Shown piece by piece: positions 1 to 12,708 of a stretch of 64,000 bases of DNA. Location: NCBI GenBank assembly GCA_965644295.1, contig CBFFRP010000249.1:1-64000 (forward strand), given 5' to 3'. The translations under genes were made by a program, and so were the position numbers. The notes below the pieces were generated by a model that saw nothing but the letters and a program-made list of their open reading frames with translations, did no database searches and was not told the origin of the DNA. The stretch is from Paraphysomonas bandaiensis (taxonomy: Eukaryota; Protista; Chrysophyceae). Every line of letters starts with the position of its first letter. Positions within the stretch are counted from its first letter, which is position 1.

Positions 1-295
1 CTTTATATCATATCACTTGCCTCAGCAATTCAGTAATTTATTAGCGACATTTTGCATGAGATACTAGATAATGCCACACTGTACCCTATGTCCTTATCCC
101 ATTCTTGACACATACTACAAAATATTTAAGGGCAACATTATTATTACGTTGTGACTTCATCAATATACAGCATTTATACACTACAACATGAAGTCACGGA
201 ATGATATTAATATCAATCATATTCACAATCCACACAAGGAAATTTCGGGAAATCCACACTAACCCATCCCATGTACAATAAACACTCTAAACTAT

Positions 296-862
296 TCAAC
301 TATCCCCAGCTGCGCTGACAAGACGGTGCCCACCCAACTGCAGGGAGGCATTCTGCCAAGGCATACTCCCTCTCTGTACATCAATCTTATGTTGTTTCAA
401 TGCCGATCGTAGCCTACATATAATAATTAGAAAAGTAACAGATAACACTATTATAAGACAAATGCACATGCTCTAACAACGTCATTACACCACAAGTACA
501 TGTCAAACGTGAAATATAAATCCACTCAATAGGAGACAAATACAATGTACTTACAATTTCTCGTTGCTATTGTCTTGCACTTTCCGCACCCTCCACGCCC
601 GAACTTCTCCATCACCTCCCTCGCAGTGTGCCCGTTTCTTTCCAATAACTGAACTCTTGTCTTCTGGCGGCAATTGAAAAGTGACTCTTTTCTTCTTACG
701 AGTCTCTGTGGTTATGAACAAGGAGGAGACTGGTGCGTTGTCATCAAACACCAGAGTGATATCGTCATCATCATCACTACTATCTCCCCACGGGCCATCT
801 CCCAACAGCAGAGATTCATGTGTCCTCCCTATCGAAATATTTCCCAACTTCATCGACTGCAT
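296..862 (-). CDS. Small two-exon protein (~141 aa) with an acidic patch and RKKKRVTF (RVxF-like) motif, copy 1
   Basis: 103-codon ORF ending in a GTAAGT donor, then a 141-bp intron with CTAAT branch and TAG acceptor. Exon 2 stays in frame (LRSALKQHKIDVQRGSMPWQNASLQLGGHRLVSAAGDS*). Splicing is inferred. Confidence 0.55.
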
Positions 863-1284
863 TTACTTTACTGTTAGTTTCCTCTTTATATGTCTGTGTA
901 TGTTCTACTATGAATGTAAAACATATTTGACACCTCTGACGAAATTCACATTTCTGTGCAACCAACAAACCCATTTTCCAGTATAGTATTATGTACAGGT
1001 GACGACTGGCACGTTCAGTTCCTTATGTTCCATACACATCATCCCCAGTAGTGCACTGTACTGTACACTCTGCATGCAATTTCTTCATACATTCATATAT
1101 ACAGTACACTGCAGTGTACGTACATGACATACTGCTGCACGAATACAAGACCCACATATACATACATACTTGCTGTACACCATTTCAAAAATTCAAAGAT
1201 ATACATCAAAACATGATACTGCTGCCAAAAATAGTGCTGAATTTGTATTTTTGTTGAAATATTCCCATATCCAGCACTTCATAT

Positions 1285-1588
1285 AGTGCTGGTTTTTGTG
1301 CAGAGGGATTTCTACTGTATGCACACGTGTATTAGGGGCGTCCGTGGTTTGTGAAAAAACTTGTGGATTTGCATGTGAAAGTCCGGACCCGATATAAGTT
1401 TTTCCTAACTTTTTTTAGCGGTCCGGACGCCTCTGAAAAAAACTGTAGAAAAAGTGATTTCCCTAATTTCGCGAAGAATTAGAAATTTCCAGATAACAAC
1501 AGAACGAAAATACTTCATTTTGTTGAAATATTCCCATCGAGTGCTGGTTTTTGTGCAGAGGGATTTCTACTGTATGCACACGTGTATT
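1285..1588. repeat. 49-bp direct repeat (1285-1333, 1540-1588) bracketing an insert in the palindrome spacer; also present in unit 2
   Basis: agtgctggtttttgtgcagagggatttctactgtatgcacacgtgtatt occurs twice, 255 bp apart. The unit 3 spacer has one copy and no insert. Confidence 0.85.
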
Positions 1589-1857
1589 GTATGTATATGT
1601 AGTGTACGTATGGTAGTTAAGTTCTTGTGGTGTCGTTGAAGAAACTGCAGAGTGTACAGTACAGTGCACTACTGGGGATGATGTGTATGGAACATAAGGA
1701 ACTGAACGTGCCAGTCGTCACCTGTACATAATACTATACTGGAAAATGGGTTTGTTGGTTGCACAGAAATGTGAATTTCGTCAGAGGTGTCAAATATGTT
1801 TTACATTCATAGTAGAACATACACAGACATATAAAGAGGAAACTAACAGTAAAGTAA

Positions 1858-2426
1858 ATGCAGTCGATGAAGTTGGGAAATATTTCGATAGGGAGGACAC
1901 ATGAATCTCTGCTGTTGGGAGATGGCCCGTGGGGAGATAGTAGTGATGATGATGACGATATCACTCTGGTGTTTGATGACAACGCACCAGTCTCCTCCTT
2001 GTTCATAACCACAGAGACTCGTAAGAAGAAAAGAGTCACTTTTCAATTGCCGCCAGAAGACAAGAGTTCAGTTATTGGAAAGAAACGGGCACACTGCGAG
2101 GGAGGTATGGAGAAGTTCGGGCGTGGAGGGTGCGGAAAGTGCAAGACAATAGCAACGAGAAATTGTAAGTACATTGTATTTGTCTCCTATTGAGTGGATT
2201 TATATTTCACGTTTGACATGTACTTGTGGTGTAATGACGTTGTTAGAGCATGTGCATTTGTCTTATAATAGTGTTATCTGTTACTTTTCTAATTATTATA
2301 TGTAGGCTACGATCGGCATTGAAACAACATAAGATTGATGTACAGAGAGGGAGTATTATGCCTTGGCAGAATGCCTCCCTGCAGTTGGGTGGGCACCGTC
2401 TTGTCAGCGCAGCTGGGGATAGTTGA
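1858..2426 (+). pseudogene. Copy 2 of the small RVxF-motif gene, with a 1-bp deletion (frameshift)
   Basis: ggaggtatgg at ~2101-2110 versus ggaggtgatgg in intact copies, giving a 111-aa alternative ORF (1858-2193). It also has an in-frame tat insertion in exon 2. Confidence 0.5.
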
Positions 2427-3959
2427 ATAGTTTAGAGTGTTTATTGTACATGGGATAGGTTAGTGTGGATTTCCCGAAATTTACTTGTGTGGATTGTGAA
2501 TATGATTGATATTAATATCATTCCGTACTTCATGTTGTAGTGTATAAATGCTGTATATTGATGAAGTCACAACGTAATAATAATGTTGCCCTTAAATATT
2601 TTGTAGTATGTGTCAAGAATGTCAAGAATGGGATAAGGGCATAGGGTACAGTGTGGCAGTATCTAGTATCTAATGCAAAATGTCGCTAATATATTGCTCA
2701 ATACTTAAGCTAGCGATAGAATATGAAGCACTGAAAACTATTAGGATTCAGCTTAATACAAGATTGTATCTGTGACTTATAGTGTTCAATGAAATTTAGA
2801 GAGTATCTGTCAAAGATACATGATCGTCATCATAACGTCGTCATTATCAGTTACACTTCTAACTATTCCGTTGTACATGATAGTTATGCTATATATTGTT
2901 ATTTGAAATTCTCACTGTACCGTGTTCATTACTTACACTCTAATAGTCACAACATTGTTTCACTATTACTAAGATCAGTTCTTTATTAAAACTGGATATT
3001 TAGATTTCTGTTGCCCGGGTAGCATAAACAATTGTAATGTGTGTAATATGTAATAATAGAAGAATAGAATGACTGGTAATAGAAGAATACAGAAATGGTT
3101 AACAGTATTTTGAGAAACTGATATTTATTAACAGATTAAAAAATTCTTAACCTTAGCAAAGACTAAATTTTTTGTTCAATCATGTCATTTTCTAATAGCC
3201 CTTGTGAAAATATGTATATCTACTTCCAGCTTTCAGCTGCTTCCTGGTTATCATCAGAGGTAATGTTTCAAATTACTGTTATATCTACATAAGCGAATGG
3301 CAATTTGTAGTAGTAGATTAACTTCAAACAATAAATCCCGAAATATAATAATAGCAACTACTGTGTACACCTACCGCAGAAGTATGCTAAGGAAATACTA
3401 ACTGTGAGTTATTGAAATTTGTACATAAATGAGTTGATGAATTTCAGAAAATATTGTCGCACGAAGATTTTTGATGTCATTGATACAATAATGTAGTCAC
3501 TTCAATATGTTTGTCAACATTTTATTGTTCCAATCTGTCATTACTTTTAACGGCAAAAGAAAAGAGAATCGTAGCTACTTTATTTCACACACTACAGTAG
3601 TTTCTGCTTTTCCTTCTACAGTATTAGAATTATAGGCAGTAAGACGACATGTAATACATACTTTACACTACTTTATATCATATCACTTGCCTCAGCAATT
3701 CAGTAATTTATTAGCGACATTTTGCATGAGATACTAGATAATGCCACACTGTACCCTATGTCCTTATCCCATTCTTGACACATACTACAAAATATTTAAG
3801 GGCAACATTATTATTACGTTGTGACTTCATCAATATACAGCATTTATACACTACAACATGAAGTCACGGAATGATATCAATCATATTCACAATCCACACA
3901 AGGAAATTTCGGGAAATCCACACTAACCCATCCCATGTACAATAAACACTCTAAACTAT

Positions 3960-4526
3960 TCAACTATCCCCAGCTGCGCTGACAAGACGGTGCCCACCCA
4001 ACTGCAGGGAGGCATTCTGCCAAGGCATACTCCCTCTCTGTACATCAATCTTATGTTGTTTCAATGCCGATCGTAGCCTACATATAATAATTAGAAAAGT
4101 AACAGATAACACTATTATAAGACAAATGCACATGCTCTAACAACGTCATTACACCACAAGTACATGTCAAACGTGAAATATAAATCCACTCAATAGGAGA
4201 CAAATACAATGTACTTACAATTTCTCGTTGCTATTGTCTTGCACTTTCCGCACCCTCCACGCCCGAACTTCTCCATCACCTCCCTCGCAGTGTGCCCGTT
4301 TCTTTCCAATAACTGAACTCTTGTCTTCTGGCGGCAATTGAAAAGTGACTCTTTTCTTCTTACGAGTCTCTGTGGTTATGAACAAGGAGGAGACTGGTGC
4401 GTTGTCATCAAACACCAGAGTGATATCGTCATCATCATCACTACTATCTCCCCACGGGCCATCTCCCAACAGCAGAGATTCATGTGTCCTCCCTATCGAA
4501 ATATTTCCCAACTTCATCGACTGCAT
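3960..4526 (-). CDS. Small RVxF-motif protein, copy 3
   Basis: Identical to 296-862. Confidence 0.55.
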
Positions 4527-5521
4527 TTACTTTACTGTTAGTTTCCTCTTTATATGTCTGTGTATGTTCTACTATGAATGTAAAACATATTTGACACCTC
4601 TGACGAAATTCACATTTCTGTGCAACCAACAAACCCATTTTCCAGTATAGTATTATGTACAGGTGACGACTGGCACGTTCAGTTCCTTATGTTCCATACA
4701 CATCATCCCCAGTAGTGCACTGTACTGTACACTCTGCATGCAATTTCTTCATACATTCATATATACAGTACACTGCAGTGTACGTAAATGACATACTGCT
4801 GCACGAATACAAGACCCACATATACATACATACTTGCTGTACACCATTTCAAAAATTCAAAGATATACATCAAAACATGATACTGCTGCCAAAAATAGTG
4901 CTGAATTTGTATTTTTGTTGAAATATTCCCATATCCAGCACTTCATATAGTGCTGGTTTTTGTGCAGAGGGATTTCTACTGTATGCACACGTGTATTAGG
5001 GGCGTCCGTGGTTTGTGAAAAAACTTGTGGATTTGCATGTGAAAGTCCGGACCCGATATAAGTTTTTCCTAACTTTTTTTAGCGGTCCGGACGCCTCTGA
5101 AAAAAACTGTAGAAAAAGTGATTTCCCTAATTTCGCGAAGAATTAGAAATTTCCAGATAACAACAGAACGAAAATACTTCATTTTGTTGAAATATTCCCA
5201 TCGAGTGCTGGTTTTTGTGCAGAGGGATTTCTACTGTATGCACACGTGTATTGTATGTATATGTAGTGTACGTATGGTAGTTAAGTTCTTGTGGTGTCGT
5301 TGAAGAAACTGCAGAGTGTACAGTACAGTGCACTACTGGGGATGATGTGTATGGAACATAAGGAACTGAACGTGCCAGTCGTCACCTGTACATAATACTA
5401 TACTGGAAAATGGGTTTGTTGGTTGCACAGAAATGTGAATTTCGTCAGAGGTGTCAAATATGTTTTACATTCATAGTAGAACATACACAGACATATAAAG
5501 AGGAAACTAACAGTAAAGTAA

Positions 5522-6090
5522 ATGCAGTCGATGAAGTTGGGAAATATTTCGATAGGGAGGACACATGAATCTCTGCTGTTGGGAGATGGCCCGTGGGGAG
5601 ATAGTAGTGATGATGATGACGATATCACTCTGGTGTTTGATGACAACGCACCAGTCTCCTCCTTGTTCATAACCACAGAGACTCGTAAGAAGAAAAGAGT
5701 CACTTTTCAATTGCCGCCAGAAGACAAGAGTTCAGTTATTGGAAAGAAACGGGCACACTGCGAGGGAGGTATGGAGAAGTTCGGGCGTGGAGGGTGCGGA
5801 AAGTGCAAGACAATAGCAACGAGAAATTGTAAGTACATTGTATTTGTCTCCTATTGAGTGGATTTATATTTCACGTTTGACATGTACTTGTGGTGTAATG
5901 ACGTTGTTAGAGCATGTGCATTTGTCTTATAATAGTGTTATCTGTTACTTTTCTAATTATTATATGTAGGCTACGATCGGCATTGAAACAACATAAGATT
6001 GATGTACAGAGAGGGAGTATTATGCCTTGGCAGAATGCCTCCCTGCAGTTGGGTGGGCACCGTCTTGTCAGCGCAGCTGGGGATAGTTGA
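5522..6090 (+). pseudogene. Copy 4 of the small RVxF-motif gene, same frameshift as copy 2
   Basis: Identical to 1858-2426. Confidence 0.5.
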
Positions 6091-7721
6091 ATAGTTTAGA
6101 GTGTTTATTGTACATGGGATGGGTTAGTGTGGATTTCCCGAAATTTCCTTGTGTGGATTGTGAATATGATTGATATTAATATCATTCCGTACTTCATGTT
6201 GTAGTGTATAAATGCTGTATATTGATGAAGTCACAACGTAATAATAATGTTGCCCTTAAATATTTTGTAGTATGTGTCAAGAATGTCAAGAATGGGATAA
6301 GGGCATAGGGTACAGTGTGGCAGTATCTAGTATCTAATGCAAAATGTCGCTAATATATTGCTCAATACTTAAGCTAGCGATAGAATATGAAGCACTGAAA
6401 ACTATTAGGATTCAGCTTAATACAAGATTGTATCTGTGACTTATAGTGTTCAATGAAATTTAGAGAGTATCTGTCAAAGATACATGATCGTCATCATAAC
6501 GTCGTCATTATCAGTTACACTTCTAACTATTCCGTTGTACATGATAGTTATGCTATATATTGTTATTTGAAATTCTCACTGTACCGTGTTCATTACTTAC
6601 ACTCTAATAGTCACAACATTGTTTCACTATTACTAAGATCAGTTCTTTATTAAAACTGGATATTTAGATTTCTGTTGCCCGGGTAGCATAAACAATTGTA
6701 ATGTGTGTAATATGTAATAATAGAAGAATAGAATGACTGGTAATAGAAGAATACAGAAATGGTTAACAGTATTTTGAGAAACTGATATTTCTTAACAGAT
6801 TAAGATCGTGGTATATCTAATATAGTTGGGTAGTTGAGACAACATGAATTTGGCGACTGACAGTGAGTGACAAGTGATGTTGATGTGTTTACTATATGTT
6901 TCCAATTCTTAACCTTAGCAAAGACTAAATTTTTTGTTCAATCATGTCATTTTCTAATAGCCCTTGTGAAAATATGTATATCTACTTCCAGCTTTCAGCT
7001 GCTTCCTGGTTATCATCAGAGGTAATGTTTCAAATTACTGTTATATCTACATAAGCGAATGGCAATTTGTAGTAGTAGATTAACTTCAAACAATAAATCC
7101 CGAAATATAATAATAGCAACTACTGTGTACACCTACCGCAGAAGTATGCTAAGGAAATACTAACTGTGAGTTATTGAAATTTGTACATAAATGAGTTGAT
7201 GAATTTCAGAAAATATTGTCGCACGAAGATTTTTGATGTCATTGATACAATAATGTAGTCACTTCAATATGTTTGTCAACATTTTATTGTTCCAATCTGT
7301 CATTACTTTTAACGGCAAAAGAAAAGAGAATCGTAGCTACTTTATTTCACACACTACAGTAGTTTCTGCTTTTCCTTCTACAGTATTAGAATTATAGGCA
7401 GTAAGACGACATGTAATACATACTTTACACTACTTTATATCATATCACTTGCCTCAGCAATTCAGTAATTTATTAGCGACATTTTGCATGAGATACTAGA
7501 TAATGCCACACTGTACCCTATGTCCTTATCCCATTCTTGACACATACTACAAAATATTTAAGGGCAACATTATTATTACGTTGTGACTTCATCAATATAC
7601 AGCATTTATACACTACAACATGAAGTCACGGAATGATATCAATCATATTCACAATCCACACAAGGAAATTTCGGGAAATCCACACTAACCCATCCCATGT
7701 ACAATAAACACTCTAAACTAT

Positions 7722-8288
7722 TCAACTATCCCCAGCTGCGCTGACAAGACGGTGCCCACCCAACTGCAGGGAGGCATTCTGCCAAGGCATACTCCCTCTC
7801 TGTACATCAATCTTATGTTGTTTCAATGCCGATCGTAGCCTACATATAATAATTAGAAAAGTAACAGATAACACTATTATAAGACAAATGCACATGCTCT
7901 AACAACGTCATTACACCACAAGTACATGTCAAACGTGAAATATAAATCCACTCAATAGGAGACAAATACAATGTACTTACAATTTCTCGTTGCTATTGTC
8001 TTGCACTTTCCGCACCCTCCACGCCCGAACTTCTCCATCACCTCCCTCGCAGTGTGCCCGTTTCTTTCCAATAACTGAACTCTTGTCTTCTGGCGGCAAT
8101 TGAAAAGTGACTCTTTTCTTCTTACGAGTCTCTGTGGTTATGAACAAGGAGGAGACTGGTGCGTTGTCATCAAACACCAGAGTGATATCGTCATCATCAT
8201 CACTACTATCTCCCCACGGGCCATCTCCCAACAGCAGAGATTCATGTGTCCTCCCTATCGAAATATTTCCCAACTTCATCGACTGCAT
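7722..8288 (-). CDS. Small RVxF-motif protein, copy 5
   Basis: Identical to 296-862. Confidence 0.55.
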
Positions 8289-8720
8289 TTACTTTACTGT
8301 TAGTTTCCTCTTTATATGTCTGTGTATGTTCTACTATGAATGTAAAACATATTTGACACCTCTGACGAAATTCACATTTCTGTGCAACCAACAAACCCAT
8401 TTTCCAGTATAGTATTATGTACAGGTGACGACTGGCACGTTCAGTTCCTTATGTTCCATACACATCATCCCCAGTAGTGCACTGTACTGTACACTCTGCA
8501 GTTTCTTCAACGACACCACAAGAACTTAACTAATACAAAATGGGGTTATTTTGGAGGTGTGGTCGAAAGAAGTCTTTTTTTTGAAAGAAGTGTGAAATCA
8601 TGAACTGCGAGTGCTGACGATGAACTAGCAAGACTGATTCATGAACTGCAACAAGTTTTAACACACATATCACCATATTACACTACAAACCAAAGCATAT
8701 TATGAGAACATTGTATTGAT

Positions 8721-10589
8721 ATGATGAGTAGTCATCTGTCTCATTCTGAATCTGGCGAAGAAAGTGACTTAGACGCTATTGCAACAAAGTTATCTGAGGT
8801 GGAACCTCCATATGTTGCTGAAGGGTCTTGGATTCAAGTCAATATAAGAGGAATAAGTGACTACAACAAGAAAACAGCATCGCCACATGTTAAAGTGGCT
8901 TTGGTAGACTCATTTTTTGTTAATGTCAAGTGTGTAGTGTACCTGTATGTGATATATGATACTCACATCTATTCTGTTGACAGATACCTCAAAGCGAAAT
9001 ACAGTACAGTGGATTTAATTCCTTTGATTTTCCACAAGCTTCGTGGGTTCGCAACGGCAGCAGAAGAAATTGAGGAGACTAAAAGTAGTAGTAGGGCTCT
9101 GGAGGCCCACCCTTGTTTGAAATTAGATTTCTCACGAGGCATTCTCTTCAAGACAACCACTGAGAAATATTGGACAAAAGGTAATATAAAAACTTAATGC
9201 AATATGTTTCCTTTGCGAAGCTAGTAATATTATTCCCAGGCTACGAGGTGACTGGCACAAATGAAGAGCTTAAAGTTCCAGTGTTCCGTAGTTCCCGCCA
9301 ATTGTTCCCTTTCATTTGCATCGCGGCTGTAAACTTCCCTATGGAATACATCACAGAGTCCGATGTTATTAGGAGGTGGTTGATATTGACAGAAATGTGC
9401 GACAACCCTAACATAACGAAGAAAGAGATGGTTGAATTTCTTTCCCAGGTACGGTATGCTACCCTTCAAGACTTCCATCATTATAACTTAATATTGTACA
9501 TAGGATACCACTCATTTCAACAACTGCTTACTTCTTCGTAGTGGGTTGGATAAATTTCCAAATATTTTCTGGTCCAAATGTATGCGGAGTGTCATAGATA
9601 GGATGGAACCAAACTCTTCGATGGACCCATTGCCGTGCTTGACGTACTTGCGGGATAAAAGCTTTGGTAATAAGACCAAACTTAGTAATACATTCATCGA
9701 TAAGTGTATGGGAAAGATCCAGACCATATGCCATCCAGCAACCAATGCTGAGATTGAATCTGTGTTAGGTTTGAATGAGCATGTCGCTTATACTGAAAAA
9801 CGCAATATGGTGTCGAAGTTAATTAGTGCCTTTGAGTTGGGATCAGGCGGTATAACTAATGAGCAGCTTCAAGTTGCCATGCGTTTGCCGAGTAATGTGG
9901 TCATACTTCCAGCAGGGAACAAAGTCCTCCGGCATTTTCTCGCTACTATATTTTTTAATCGTAACTCTAATGAGGATGAAGCGCCTGGGAACCCATTCGA
10001 ATGGGATTCGGGAGTAAAGCAGTGGGTCCTTAAAAGCCCTAATTGGTTTAATGAGAGCCCATTACTGTTCCCTTCCTACGAAATGATCGTGGAACTGATG
10101 ATGAAAAGAAGAAAAGATCTTCCAAAGCGGGTATTTCGCACAAATGTGGTACCATCAATCTCAAGTCTCCCTATAACGACATGCCCTGAAACATATCCCC
10201 TCCCGAACACGCATCCGTGTCTTTTGCCCACAACCTACTTAGGGCCCCAGAATATTTCATCTTATTCAACTACACAGTGGCAAAGGGATCGATCTTGCAG
10301 CCAAGAACATAAATCTCAAAGTCTTGAGCATCACCATCAAAGTACTTCTGATAGTCGGAATGATAGACCTTATCATACCGCTCCGCATCGCTCTCGCAGC
10401 CGGGATACCAGGCCATTTCGTAGCAGTCGGCACGACAGGTCTCATAGCAGACGACGTGATAGGTCCCATCACAGGAGTCATGGTAAAAGACATGATAGGT
10501 CCCGTGGCAGGTCTCATGGCAGAAGGCATGAGGCGTCTTCTGATCACCATCGCCATCACAGCAGCAGGCAGGACAGAAGTAGGTATTGA
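8721..10589 (+). CDS. Transposon passenger gene of unknown function (~571-584 aa) with an Arg/Ser/His-rich C-terminal tail
   Basis: Three ORF pieces join in frame through GT-AG introns 9181-9239 and 9449-9503, with a possible 39-bp intron at 8945-8983. The ATG is 8 bp inside the left TIR. Confidence 0.7.
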
Positions 10590-10633
10590 TAGGCTGTGAA
10601 TGTAGTTTATATAGGTTTTGTTTATTTTCTTGA

Positions 10634-10716
10634 TTTGTTTTCGATTTTGCTTTGTCCTCTGTTTTGTTTTCGATTTTGCTTTGACCTCTGTTTTGTTTTC
10701 GATTTTCTTTAACCTC
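10634..10716. repeat. ~3 copies of a 29-bp T-rich unit downstream of the passenger gene
   Basis: tcgatt recurs at 10641, 10670 and 10699. Confidence 0.8.
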
Positions 10717-10960
10717 GACACACATATCTCGATTTTCGTTCTTTAATACTTTCAAATTAATGTGAAATTTAGCATCTGTTGGGGATGATCATTTCGATTA
10801 GGGTCAGAATTTTACTACATACTTCCTAAACCTTAAATTTTCTTAATTATTGCAATAATCCATAAGGGACTAAGATCTAAGATTCCTTACATCATAGCTA
10901 AATTAACCATTAACCTATTTCCACGTAAAACTAGCATTACATAGCTATGGAGTACCATAA

Positions 10961-11998
10961 CTACTCAGGAATTTCATATTCTTTAACCCAGGCAATATCG
11001 GCGTTGCTAATAGTAAACCCAGCATCTTGATATAGACGGCAGCCAATGGAAGGTGTCACACAGTTGAATAACGCTTCCTCAAACTGTTCTTTCAGTGGAT
11101 GGTCCATGGACACTTCTCCCCAATGATTACGAATATAATGTTTAGCTAAATGAAAAACACGTTCAATAGGGTTCAGGTCAAATGAATATGGTGGAAGGAA
11201 GAGAACTCGGACACCACGAGCCAAACATAATGCCACCACAGCTGCTTTGAGATGAGTTGCAGCATTATCCATCACCAATATGCTCATCGGTACCGGTTCG
11301 GTGGAGTAGGGATCGTCTGCTCTATTCATCAAGGGAAGAATGTCTGTCTCCAGCGCAAAAAGAAATAGGTCTCCATCCACAATATCAAAAGTAGACACTG
11401 ACAACACCCCGTACATAGCCATAGATGTCACTGCAGAGCACGATACACGATCCCCTAATGTACTTCTCACCCATGCTCGTTCGCCTGCTTGGCTCCAGCC
11501 ACGACGTCGCTTTGCCTCCAGCGCACTAATATGTGACTCATCAACAAACACATACTCTCGTGCTGACACAGTTAATTCTCCAGTGACATGTTCTCTCCAT
11601 AGATCCCGCAAACCTTCGTTACGTTCTCTAGCCATTACCGAAATAGCTTTGGAGCTGTAACCAATACGAGCAAGACTATCTCTAACTTCCCAGGTTTCAT
11701 AAATATAACCATTTTCCATGTAAATCAACTCGGCTACTTCTCTCATGAACAGGGTGGGCTCCGTTTCGATACAAATCCTCGCAAAAATAAGGTCTTCATC
11801 TCTCATTTTTCGGTTTAGTGTTGTGCGAACTCGCTTTGGACCAAGCAAACCATGTTCACGTATCAAAAACCACCAATTACGAAGGCTGTTGACTGAAGGG
11901 CCTAGTGTTTCTGATATTAATCTCAAATTACTTTCAGTCAATCCCCGCTCAATCAGCAGCTGGATTGCTCTTTCCCTGATTTCTTTACCCCAGGTCAT
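10961..11998 (-). CDS. IS630/Tc1-like DD34E transposase, intact, intronless (345 aa)
   Basis: N-terminal HTH-like region; VFVDESH, VMDNAATH and LPPYSFDLNPIE, with 34 residues between the second D and the E. Confidence 0.95.
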   Translation of the reverse strand: MTWGKEIRERAIQLLIERGLTESNLRLISETLGPSVNSLRNWWFLIREHGLLGPKRVRTTLNRKMRDEDLIFARICIETEPTLFMREVAELIYMENGYIYETWEVRDSLARIGYSSKAISVMARERNEGLRDLWREHVTGELTVSAREYVFVDESHISALEAKRRRGWSQAGERAWVRSTLGDRVSCSAVTSMAMYGVLSVSTFDIVDGDLFLFALETDILPLMNRADDPYSTEPVPMSILVMDNAATHLKAAVVALCLARGVRVLFLPPYSFDLNPIERVFHLAKHYIRNHWGEVSMDHPLKEQFEEALFNCVTPSIGCRLYQDAGFTISNADIAWVKEYEIPE

Positions 11999-12708
11999 AG
12001 TAATAACACACTAGTATACATACATAACAAAATGTTCTCATAATATGCTTTGGTTTGTAGTGTAATATGGTGATATGTGTGTTAAAACTTGTTGCAGTTC
12101 ATGAATCAGTCTTGCTAGTTCATCGTCAGCACTCGCAGTTCATGATTTCACACTTCTTTCAAAAAAAAGACTTCTTTCGACCACACCTCCAAAATAACCC
12201 CATTTTGTCTTACCATACGTACACTACATATACATACAATACACGTGTGCATACAGTAGAAATCCCTCTGCACAAAAACCAGCACTATATGAAGTGCTGG
12301 ATATGGGAATATTTCAACAAAAATACAAATTCAGCACTATTTTTGGCAGCAGTATCATGTTTTGATGTATATCTTTGAATTTTTGAAATGGTGTACAGCA
12401 AGTATGTATGTATATGTGGGTCTTGTATTCGTGCAGCAGTATGTCATGTACGTACACTGCAGTGTACTGTATATATGAATGTATGAAGAAATTGCATGCA
12501 GAGTGTACAGTACAGTGCACTACTGGGGATGATGTGTATGGAACATAAGGAACTGAACGTGCCAGTCGTCACCTGTACATAATACTATACTGGAAAATGG
12601 GTTTGTTGGTTGCACAGAAATGTGAATTTCGTCAGAGGTGTCAAATATGTTTTACATTCATAGTAGAACATACACAGACATATAAAGAGGAAACTAACAG
12701 TAAAGTAA

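Larger units (their letters stand above)
39..2691. repeat. Inverted repeat 1: arms 39-1074 and 1646-2691, 571-bp spacer
   Basis: tattagcgaca (39) pairs with tgtcgctaata (2681-2691). gtgcactgtactgtacactctgca (1051-1074) pairs with 1646-1669. The same ORFs appear on opposite strands. Confidence 0.95.
3709..6355. repeat. Inverted repeat 2: arms 3709-4738 and 5310-6355
   Basis: Near-identical copy of inverted repeat 1. Confidence 0.95.
8533..12210. mobile_element. IS630/Tc1-mariner DNA transposon, 3678 bp, 180-bp TIRs (8533-8712, 12031-12210), TA target-site duplication
   Basis: The TIRs appear identical except at base 2 (atacaaaatgggg vs agacaaaatgggg). TA lies at 8531-8532 and 12211-12212. 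The empty site cttaac-TA-ccatac is on the minus strand at 1614-1615 and 5278-5279. Confidence 0.95.

Noticed and set aside
674-1669. Overlapping 61-101 aa ORFs in the palindrome arms and spacer, and their copies
   Set aside because: They are antisense or alternative frames with non-ATG starts and no protein-like features; recurrence only reflects DNA duplication.
39-2691. Palindrome as a foldback/Mutator transposon with 1-kb TIRs
   Set aside because: No target-site duplication is seen, the outer arm ends differ between units (2691 vs 13420), and the enclosed transposase has its own TIRs and TA TSD.
10266-10755. Three alternative-frame ORFs over the RS-rich tail
   Set aside because: Shadows of the low-complexity tail and the 29-bp repeats.
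8721-10960. Fanzor/TnpB with omegaRNA inside the IS630/Tc1 element
   Set aside because: I see no RuvC D-E-D motifs or CxxC zinc finger in the passenger protein, and it ends mid-element rather than next to a transposon end.
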